Below are positions 1 to 7,662 of a DNA stretch of 32,000 nucleotides, in pieces. Within the stretch, counting starts at the first letter, position 1. Every line of letters starts with the position of its first letter. The position numbers were made by a program, and so were the translations under genes. The DNA is from Dickeya dadantii NCPPB 898 (lineage in GTDB: Bacteria > Pseudomonadota > Gammaproteobacteria > Enterobacterales > Enterobacteriaceae): contig NZ_CM001976.1 of the NCBI RefSeq assembly GCF_000406145.1, positions 3,155,213 to 3,187,212 on the forward strand, in the 5' to 3' direction. The notes under the pieces are model-generated. The model did no database searches. It saw nothing but the letters and a program-made list of their open reading frames with translations, and was not told the origin of the DNA.

Positions 1-1133
1 TCCTTCAGCCGTCCGGGGTGTTGTTTGACGATGTCCCAGGGCAGGATTTCCCAACCGGAGCCTTTGCACTGCGAAGTCAGATTAGGGGTCATGGTCTGGA
101 AATAGATACCTTTGGATGTCAGGCTCCAGGGGGCATTCGCCCACACCTCTGACGAACTGTAGTCACAGGCATCCTCGCTCTCGTCATCCGTCGCCGCGGT
201 CTGTTCCGGATAGAGCCGGGCAAACTGCGCGGCCAGCCATGTCGGCAAGGTTTCCTGCAAATAGTCATCAGGGATAGCGGAGGCATCCGGCACCGGCGAT
301 TCGTCTACCCACATCAAATCAGACAGCGTCAGCTCGCTCGCGTCAGAGACACGCAAAATGTGGGGCGATACTTTCATATAACTGTGTGCGCCGCCACACT
401 CTAGAACACTGGATATCACGTAGCTAATCATCTTCTCTGATAGCAGGCTAATCTTTACCGTATCGTCCGAGTGTTCGCACTGGACAACATCCAGCAACGA
501 GCGCCAAAAACTCTTACGTAGCGCAGCGTTCAAGGCAGCGAGCTGTTCCGCCGGATAGCCAGAGGTTAACTGAAACATCGACAGTTTAGCGTTCGGTTCC
601 TGCCACCATTCCACGTTATAACCGTTGACGACGCCTTGCTTGACCATCACCGGTTCAGCCGTTGCACGCAGCAGATAGTCATAAGGCGAGAGCTGGTAGA
701 GCGACTGCATAAAGGGCGATAATCCGGTTGTCGCTATCGGTGCCACTGGCGACAGCTCAATGGCGAGTGGCTTATCTTGCCCCTGACGCCACTTACCCTG
801 CCAGCCATTCTCGGTAGCGCGTAGCGTGATGACCGGGCTGCTCGCCGTTTTTTCCTCATCCTCAGTACCGTATTCACTGTCGCTATACGATGTGTACGAT
901 TCCCCATCCAGGGTGACGACGCCCTGCTTGCTGCGCTGACCGTTAATATAGTGAGTCACCCGCTCAGGCGTCACAAAATAGCGGCTCTTCACGCGCCCAT
1001 CCAACTTAACATCCAGCTCTATCACCACTGGCGTTGTTCCCAGCGTGCCGCCATATACCACCGGCGTTGCCTGCGCGTTTCCCGCCAGCAACCCCATCCC
1101 CAGAATCCCTGCCATAAAATGGATGCTTTTCAT
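1..1133 (-). CDS. Secreted DUF3298/RsiV-like family protein, paralogue 1 (3' end runs off the window; 377 codons visible)
   Basis: Absent from the supplied ORF track because it is open at the window edge. Manual reverse-complement translation from the ATG at 1133 gives an uninterrupted frame: MKSIHFMAGILGMGLLAGNAQA/TPVVYGGTLGTTPVVIELDVKLDG...NGYNVEWWQEPNAKLSMFQLTSGYPAEQLAALNAALRKSFW...ISYVISSVLECGGAHSY...WSLTSKGIYFQ...GWEILPWDIVKQHPGRLKD. It has a Sec-type signal peptide (AQA) and aligns along its whole length with the four downstream-array ORFs. Confidence 0.8.
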   Translation of the reverse strand, partial: MKSIHFMAGILGMGLLAGNAQATPVVYGGTLGTTPVVIELDVKLDGRVKSRYFVTPERVTHYINGQRSKQGVVTLDGESYTSYSDSEYGTEDEEKTASSPVITLRATENGWQGKWRQGQDKPLAIELSPVAPIATTGLSPFMQSLYQLSPYDYLLRATAEPVMVKQGVVNGYNVEWWQEPNAKLSMFQLTSGYPAEQLAALNAALRKSFWRSLLDVVQCEHSDDTVKISLLSEKMISYVISSVLECGGAHSYMKVSPHILRVSDASELTLSDLMWVDESPVPDASAIPDDYLQETLPTWLAAQFARLYPEQTAATDDESEDACDYSSSEVWANAPWSLTSKGIYFQTMTPNLTSQCKGSGWEILPWDIVKQHPGRLK

Positions 1134-1160
1134 GTAATGTACGATGTCTCTTTATGATCC

Positions 1161-1185
1161 GATAAAAGCAGCACCGCGGTGCTGC
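1161..1185 (-). terminator. Intrinsic terminator between paralogue 2 and paralogue 1
   Basis: The perfect palindrome GCAGCACCGCGGTGCTGC (1168..1185) is followed on the minus strand by TTTTATCGG. It sits immediately after the paralogue-2 stop codon (1192..1194). Confidence 0.6.
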
Positions 1186-1191
1186 ATAAGG

Positions 1192-2391
1192 TTAAGGCAG
1201 CACCAGCTCACCGTTGCGTACATTCTCGGCCGAATGACTTTTTATGAATGACCAGGGCAATAACGCCCATGAGTCATAGGTAATTTTACCAATATGGTCA
1301 TCGGTTGAGATATTGGAATAAAAACGCAACCCTTTAGCCGTTGCAAACCAGTTTTTACCAACCTGAACCCAGCCATCAGGTTCAGGGGCTGGATAAGTGT
1401 CAGATCGGGCTGCCAGCTCATCCCGGTGCAAGATCATCAGTTGCTCATACAACCATTTGGGTAGCGCACTATCAAAAGACGGTGACGGGTATTCATCGGC
1501 TTCCTTATTCTCCCCTATCGATAACAATTGCGACAATGCCACCGGTTTTGCGGTGCGGGTGGAGAGCGTTTGCGGTTTCAGCCAAAATTTTTGCTCGTTG
1601 CTGTCACCGGAGCCTTGTCCAGGAGCATCATCCTCGTACCGAACCATCACCTTACAGTCCCTGTGATATATCTGATTGATATAACTGACCAACGACGCGG
1701 AGAGCAGAGTTATCTGAATCTGTTGTGACAGATAGCCGCCATTATCAACACACGCCTGCTGCTTCAGCATGGTACTCCACCACTCTTGCTGTAAGGTACG
1801 GTTCAGCGCCGCCATCGTTTCCGGTGGATAGCCGCTGACAAACTGAAAAATTTTCACCCGTGTCTGTGGATTCTGCCACCAGGCCAGTCGATATTCCCCC
1901 ATATCTCTTTCGCCCAGGAACTCCACCGGGCGGGTTTGCCATAACAGGTAGTCATAGAGCGACACATCCCGCAGCCCCTGTTTCATCGCTTGTGCGTTAT
2001 CGTTGGGAATATCAGTGCCGGATATCAGCGTCAGGTTTACCGGGAGGCGTTGCCCGTTAGGTTGACGCCACTCGCCTTGCCAGCGCTGTTTTTCTTTATT
2101 GGGACGCAACACCATATGGTGTCGTTTATTCAGTTCTCCATCGCTAATCGAGCTGCCCAGCTGGCTATCCGGTACAATCATCAGCGATTCATCGTCTATT
2201 CCCTCAATCCAGGCCGTCAGAGAGCGGTCTTTATGATCCTGTACATCGAAGAAGCGCCCTGTTGTCGGCCCATCACCGAGCTTTAGCTCCAGCACGACAT
2301 TAGCATTCCCTATCGTCCCGCGATAAACATCCGCCCACGCACATTGAATTAACGCCAGTAGCCCCAGCGCCATAACCGTGATATGTCTCAT
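1192..2391 (-). CDS. Secreted DUF3298/RsiV-like family protein, paralogue 2 (most divergent copy)
   Basis: 399-aa ORF. Signal peptide MRHITVMALGLLALIQCAWA/DVYRGTIGN. Shares the family blocks YRGTIGN..LEL, RWQGEWRQ, EYRLAWWQNPQTRVKIFQFVSGYPPETMAALN, LVSY and ALLPW. An AAGGA Shine-Dalgarno lies 7 nt upstream of the ATG. Confidence 0.8.
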   Translation of the reverse strand: MRHITVMALGLLALIQCAWADVYRGTIGNANVVLELKLGDGPTTGRFFDVQDHKDRSLTAWIEGIDDESLMIVPDSQLGSSISDGELNKRHHMVLRPNKEKQRWQGEWRQPNGQRLPVNLTLISGTDIPNDNAQAMKQGLRDVSLYDYLLWQTRPVEFLGERDMGEYRLAWWQNPQTRVKIFQFVSGYPPETMAALNRTLQQEWWSTMLKQQACVDNGGYLSQQIQITLLSASLVSYINQIYHRDCKVMVRYEDDAPGQGSGDSNEQKFWLKPQTLSTRTAKPVALSQLLSIGENKEADEYPSPSFDSALPKWLYEQLMILHRDELAARSDTYPAPEPDGWVQVGKNWFATAKGLRFYSNISTDDHIGKITYDSWALLPWSFIKSHSAENVRNGELVLP

Positions 2392-2427
2392 TATCCAATC
2401 CTTGCGGTTTATATTTATAACTTATAT

Positions 2428-3288
2428 TTATGGCATTACCTGCTGCGTCAGCCGACCGGGGTTGGCCCGCACCAGACGCCACGGCAACACCGCCCACCCA
2501 CCGTCGCCGCACGTTTTAGGATAATACGCCCCTGGATAAAAACGGATGCCCTCTGGTGTCAGTGACCATAAACCCTCATCCCATTCTTCAAATTGGTATG
2601 CACAAGACTCGTCATTCATCTGGCGGGGATAAAGTGCCCTTAATTGCGTTGTGATCCAGTCGATAAGGGTGACCCCGTGGTAAGTATCAAATGACTGGTT
2701 GCGCGTGATATCTAAGGGGGGCTTACGCAGCATCAGGACATCATCGATCGACAAAGGTCTGGCATCTTGAGTTAACAATGTACTGGCATCGTGAAAGGTG
2801 TACGGTGTGTCGCCATTACAGGCGCTCACCTCTGTTTTCAGATAACTGACCACCGATGGCGTAATCAACGAAAAAGACCACTCAGCGTGATACGCCAATG
2901 GAGATTGTCCCTTTTGTGCCTTAGACAGCTGCTGATAAGATTCCTGACACGCTTTTTTACGCTCCAGCATCAAGAACATTTCAGCGTTCAGTTTGTTATT
3001 GAGCCGGATACGCTGATTGGTCGTATAGCCGGAAGCGATTTGTGGGTAGGTAAATCCTGTTAGCGGATCACTCCACCAGATGACGTCGTAACCATTGATA
3101 TTTTCCTGTTTTGCCACTGTCAGATCGGTATTCGTATAACGCTGGTAGGTATCAGGCTCTGACCAATAGAGCCATTGTTTAAACGGCGAAGCATGGGAGG
3201 AAGGAGCGGGGACATCGGCAAAAGCAGAGGTGAACACCATCCCCAAACAGGTAGCCACAATCCTTGCGGTTTTTATTGATAGCATCAT
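2428..3288 (-). CDS. Secreted DUF3298/RsiV-like family protein, paralogue 3 (short form lacking the N-terminal module)
   Basis: 286-aa ORF. The signal peptide MMLSIKTARIVATCLGMVFTSAFA/DVP is joined directly to the core: NGYDVIWWSDPLTGFTYPQIASGYTTNQRIRLNNKLN ... VVSYLKTEVSAC ... WSLTPEGIRFYP ... CGDGGWAVLPWRLVRANPGRLTQQVMP. Confidence 0.8.
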   Translation of the reverse strand: MMLSIKTARIVATCLGMVFTSAFADVPAPSSHASPFKQWLYWSEPDTYQRYTNTDLTVAKQENINGYDVIWWSDPLTGFTYPQIASGYTTNQRIRLNNKLNAEMFLMLERKKACQESYQQLSKAQKGQSPLAYHAEWSFSLITPSVVSYLKTEVSACNGDTPYTFHDASTLLTQDARPLSIDDVLMLRKPPLDITRNQSFDTYHGVTLIDWITTQLRALYPRQMNDESCAYQFEEWDEGLWSLTPEGIRFYPGAYYPKTCGDGGWAVLPWRLVRANPGRLTQQVMP

Positions 3289-3421
3289 ATTACGTAAATA
3301 AATTAAGAAAGGAGAAAAGCACCATTCACCTGTTTGTACAAACCGCCACAGGTGAACCCAAAAGACCGTACCATTATATCGGTATTACATCCGTATCGCC
3401 TTCGCTATCTTACTGATATAA

Positions 3422-4627
3422 TTAGGGAACCGTGACATATTGAAGACGGCCAGGGTGTTTATTCACAATGCGCCAAGGCACGACTTCCCACCCCTCGTCA
3501 TCGCATACATCCGTGCCATCCGGCCGTAGCGGTTGAAAATAAATCCCTTCCGGGGTGAAGGACCAACGGGTGTTGGCCCATGTCTGCGTCGCGGTGTAAT
3601 CACAGCCTTCACCGGTAGCGCCAGATGCGTGGGTCATTTTGGTCGGATACAATTGGGTAAACTGGCTTTTTAACCATTCAGGAAGACGTTCCTGTAAACG
3701 CATTTCACCATAGTCATCGCCATTATCGTACTCATCGCTCATCACTGGCACCGGAAGATCATCGAGCCAGAACAGATCAGAGAGCAACAGTTCTGGATAG
3801 TCCCTAAGAGTCGATGCGTCGTACCTGAGCGTTGACGTGTGAGTGAATACTCTGATTTGGGGTTGTTCATCATCCGGACACTGGAATTTTCCCGTCAAGG
3901 TATAGCTGACGGCGTTTGGCGACAACAAACCAATTTTGACCTTTAGCCCTCCCGCATTGACGCAGGTACTCATGCCAGACAAGGTACGCCAGAACATGTC
4001 GCGCAACATTGCATTTAATTGATTACGCTGCTCGGCCGAATAACCCGATGCCACCTGAAACATGGAGAAATGGGTAAGCGGGTCTTGCCACCACTCCACC
4101 GCGTACTTTCCCATCATTCCTTGTTTAACCATCTTTGGTTCATATCCCTGCTGGAAAAGGGCATCGTACGTTAATGTGTGATAGACCGTCTGCATAAATG
4201 GTGGGGCGCTGGCAACATCACTTTCTTCAGGAAAAAACTTAACAGGCGACAACACTACCGACACGGGTGCCGCATTGTTTTCACGCCACTCACCGTATAG
4301 TCGATTCCCCAATGAACCATGAAGAATTAATGTTTTTTCCACCCAAGGTGGAGGATCATCCGCACGATTGCCTAATTTCAGCACAATGCCTAATTCATTA
4401 ACCAAGCCAGAGAGTGGACGAGTGACATGTTCAGAAGGGACAAAATAGCGGCTGGTTCTCGCTCTCATCCGATAACTTATCGTCTACAGTTTCTATCACT
4501 ACTGGCGTTGATTACCCAGCGTTCCTTTATAGGTACCATGGTCTGTTGGGATGCTGGCCATACCCTTCATACAAACCAAGCCCAGCGCCAGCACCAACAT
4601 CCTTGAGGTCAATGTTAATAAGTTCAT
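3422..4627 (-). pseudogene. DUF3298/RsiV-like paralogue 4, with the signal peptide detached by two compensating frameshifts
   Basis: ORF 3422..4468 carries the full family core but no signal peptide. An ATG at 4627 opens MNLLTLTSRMLVLALGLVCMKGMASIPTDHGTYKGTLGNQRQ, then TAG TGA TAG. The family sequence continues in another frame (STPVVIETVDDKLSDES) before returning to the original frame at SRYFVPSEHV. The ATGs at 4627 and 4468 are in the same frame (159 nt apart), with four in-frame stops between them. Confidence 0.65.
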
Positions 4628-4783
4628 ATTAAGTAAATAGATAAGAAAGAAAGCGGATACTATAGCGGAAATGAACTAAGCGCCGTAATCAAAAACAAAA
4701 CGGCGTCTCGTTTTATACGCGAGGGGAACGAACCTTGACTCCCCGGCCGGATATATCGCAAGCCGGGGTATACAGCGTAACAC

Positions 4784-5970
4784 TCAGGGCAACGGCAAAT
4801 CCTTCAGCCGTCCGGGGTGTTGTTTCACCACGCTCCACGGCACTACCGCCCAGGCTGCATCATCACAAACACTGTCGGATTCAGGAAAGGTCGGGTGGAA
4901 AAGGATGCCTTTGGCGGTCAGCGTCCAGGTCGAATACTGCCAGCGGTCTGGTTCACGATAATCACACTGCGTATCACCCCAGGCACCTTTTATGGTCTTC
5001 GCCATCTCAGCCGGATACATCGACGAAAGCTGTTCAACCAGCCAGGCTGGAAAAATATCGCCCCTGTCATCTTTAGATTCCGCCACCTCATCCGGTACGG
5101 GTGATTCATGAACCCAAAGTAGATCGGATAACGCCATACTCTTCGCATCACTCACCCGCAGATTGGCGCTGCGCATACCGGAGGATGCCCCATCCCGCCA
5201 CAGAACATACTTCCGGAGATGGTGTAACTGACCGCCCGGGGAAACAACTGGCTAATCTGCATCTCTTCGGTGTATTTCCCTTGTTCTGGATTCGTTCCCA
5301 CTATACAGCGGTAATGATTCAACACCTCCTGCCACAGCTCCTTACGCAGCGCCGTATTCAATCCCGCCAGCTGTTCTGCCGAATAACCGCTGCGTAACTG
5401 AAACGTCGTCATGCCGGACAGCGGATCTCGCCACCATTCCACGCTGTATCCATTCACGTTTTCCTGCTTCGTCATCACCGGTTCGGCCCCTTCATGCCGC
5501 AGGTATTCATAGCGTGAATGTTGATACGCCTGCTGCATAAACGGCGATGCTGTCGCAGGCAGTTCGGTGACCAGCGACAGCACCACCGGGTAGGCTTTGC
5601 CTTTGTCGTTGCGCCACTCGCCCTGCCAGGTTTTTTGATCGCGGCTGCGCAGCACTATCACCGGTATCGAATCTTTGCCAGCCAGCGCTTGTTGGTCATC
5701 CATAGCATCATCGCCTTCCGATAGCACCAGATTGCCCTGCGCATCCCGCGAGCCGGATAATGGAATATCCTTGCGGTATTTAGTATAGAAATAACGTCCG
5801 CTAATACTCCGGCTTCCCGGCTGATTGGGGTCGTTATTCAGTTCCACCCCGATGGCTGTATTACCTATCGTGCCGCGATAAACGGGAAAATCATCGTCAG
5901 CCTTAGCAACCCCTGCCAGAAAAACGACGCCCAGCGCGACTATCCTTGAGGCTAATGTGAATAAGTTCAT
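4784..5970 (-). pseudogene. DUF3298/RsiV-like paralogue 5, split by a single frameshift
   Basis: ORF 5152..5970 covers the signal peptide MNLFTLASRIVALGVVFLAGVAKA, the N-terminal module and the core up to SYTISGSMFCGGMGHPP. ORF 4784..5176 covers RSANLRVSDAKSMALSDLLWVHESPVPD...VVPWSVVKQHPGRLKDLPLP. Together they are colinear with one intact paralogue (compare paralogue 1, CGGAHSYMKVSPHILRVSDASELTLSDLMWVDESPVPD). The two frames differ by 2 nt, with the switch near 5170..5185. Confidence 0.75.
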
Positions 5971-6213
5971 GTTAACTATATGAATAAGAAAGGGAGTGGA
6001 GACTATAATTGAACTACTGCATTTCCACTAATCATAACGAATAACCGCCTCAGTAAATAAGCGCACATTGAATACTCCGATGATGCTCACCCATCACTCA
6101 ATGGCATTTTCTCCTCCACGCTCTATGCTATGACGAGTCAGGGACAAACGGAGACGCGGTGTGCGCCGACGTTATCCTGGTGATTTTCTTTTCATACCAA
6201 AAAGGACAACACC

Positions 6214-6759
6214 ATGAGTCATATCAAACTATTAGGTATTGCCGGCAGCCTGCGTAAAGCCTCTGCCAACCGGGGATTGCTGCGCGCTGCGCAGTCCGTG
6301 CTGCCGGCGGGCGTCACGCTTGAGATCGCCGACCTGCTGGACGTACCGTTCTATAACGCCGACCTGACCGAGGTTCCCGCTTCAGTACAACGTATCGCCC
6401 GTCAGGCCAGCGAAGCGGATGGCTTCGTGTTCGCCTGCACGGAATACAATTATTCGATGGCGCCGGCGCTGAAAAATATTCTTGATTGGATCTCCCGCCT
6501 GCCGGACACCAGCATTCTGAATGACAAGCCGGCCGCGCTGATGGGCGCCGGCGGCGGTATGGGCACTTCCCGCTCGCAGTATCATTTGCGGCAAACCTGC
6601 GTCTACCTGAATATTCATCCGCTCAACCGACCGGAAGTCTTTTCCAATGCTTTCGCCGGCGGCTTTGACGATCAGGGCAATCTAAAGGATGAAAAAATCA
6701 CCGCGCTGATCGCCGATCAAATGAACGCGCTCGCCGATGCGATTACGAATAAAAAATAA
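6214..6759 (+). CDS. NAD(P)H-dependent FMN reductase family oxidoreductase (YieF/ChrR-like)
   Basis: 181-aa ORF. The N-terminal IKLLGIAGSLRKASANRGLLRAA matches the flavodoxin-like FMN_red signature (GSxRxxSxN). An AAAGGA Shine-Dalgarno lies upstream. Confidence 0.75.
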   Translation: MSHIKLLGIAGSLRKASANRGLLRAAQSVLPAGVTLEIADLLDVPFYNADLTEVPASVQRIARQASEADGFVFACTEYNYSMAPALKNILDWISRLPDTSILNDKPAALMGAGGGMGTSRSQYHLRQTCVYLNIHPLNRPEVFSNAFAGGFDDQGNLKDEKITALIADQMNALADAITNKK

Positions 6760-6776
6760 ATTACACCTGCATCAGG

Positions 6777-6800
6777 CTGCCGCCCGCCATCGGGCGGCAG
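6777..6800. terminator. GC-rich hairpin between convergent genes (possible bidirectional terminator)
   Basis: CTGCCGCCCG-ccat-CGGGCGGCAG forms a perfect 10-bp stem. It lies between the FMN-reductase stop (6759) and the methyltransferase stop (6805). An A-run precedes it, but there is no clear U-tract on either side. Confidence 0.45.
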
Positions 6801-6804
6801 TCGT

Positions 6805-7635
6805 TCACGCCGCCACCGTTCCCACCTTCATCATCGCCTCGCCGGCGACCGTCAGCGCCGAATGACGACAGAAACGCACCACTTCCCCCACGACCAACAG
6901 ACTGGGTGACTGCGGCTGATAACGCGCCATCAGCGCCGGCAAGGTCGCCAGCGTGGCGGTCAGCAAACGCTGTTCCGGCTGGGTACCGCGCTCGATAATC
7001 GCCAGCGGCGTACCGGCGGGCAAACCATTGGCGATCAGTTTCTGGCACAGACGGCTGGCATGACTCAGCCCCATGTAAAACACCAGCGTCTGTTGGCCGA
7101 CGCCGAGCGTTTCCCAGTCCAGCTGCGGTTCGCCGTCGCGGGCATGTCCGGTGATAAAGCGCACCGACTGGGCGCAATCCCGGTGCGTCAGCGGTAGCCC
7201 CACCGCCGCGGCGCAGCCGGTGGCGGCAGTGATGCCAGGCACCACATGGCAGGTCACGCCCTGCTGCTGCAGATAATCCATCTCTTCGCCGCCACGGCCA
7301 AAAATGAACGGATCGCCGCCTTTAAGCCGCACCACCCGTTGCCCGGCTTGCGCCAGTTCCATCAGCAACTGGTTGATTTGCGGCTGCGGCAGCGCGTGGT
7401 GCCCCTGCTGCTTGCCGACATCAATACACAACGTCTCCGGCTGAACCAACGCCATGATATCGGCGGAAACCAGCCGGTCATGGACCACCACGTCCGCCTG
7501 CTGAATCGCCCGCAGCGCCTTGATAGTCAGCAGTTCGGCGTCGCCCGGGCCGGCGCCCACCAGCCAGACATCGCCGACCAGCACAGGCTGGCGTTGATGG
7601 CCCTGCGCCATCAGTGTGTTCAGAATAGGGTTCAT
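6805..7635 (-). CDS. cobA: Uroporphyrinogen-III C-methyltransferase (siroheme branch; CysG C-terminal-domain type)
   Basis: 276-aa ORF with [50 protein letters not shown] and [13 protein letters not shown] motifs. An AAGGAG Shine-Dalgarno precedes the start. It is the last gene of the nas transcription direction. Confidence 0.85.
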   Translation of the reverse strand: MNPILNTLMAQGHQRQPVLVGDVWLVGAGPGDAELLTIKALRAIQQADVVVHDRLVSADIMALVQPETLCIDVGKQQGHHALPQPQINQLLMELAQAGQRVVRLKGGDPFIFGRGGEEMDYLQQQGVTCHVVPGITAATGCAAAVGLPLTHRDCAQSVRFITGHARDGEPQLDWETLGVGQQTLVFYMGLSHASRLCQKLIANGLPAGTPLAIIERGTQPEQRLLTATLATLPALMARYQPQSPSLLVVGEVVRFCRHSALTVAGEAMMKVGTVAA

Positions 7636-7662
7636 GTTGATGACTCCTTATCCGGGCGCGGC

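Noticed and set aside
951-1157. 68-aa plus-strand ORF at the 5' end of paralogue 1
   Set aside because: It overlaps the signal-peptide region of the manually translated minus-strand gene 1..1133. It has no Shine-Dalgarno and no recognisable features.
4687-4712. Weak AU-rich hairpin AAAACG-agacgc-CGTTTT plus GTTTTT after the paralogue-5 stop, as a terminator
   Set aside because: The stem is only 6 bp and mostly A-U, too weak to call with confidence.
1-5970. Calling the paralogue array a T6SS immunity locus outright
   Set aside because: No effector, VgrG, PAAR, Rhs or T6SS structural gene lies in the window, and the gene upstream of the array is an unrelated divergent reductase. This is kept only as a hypothesis in the findings.
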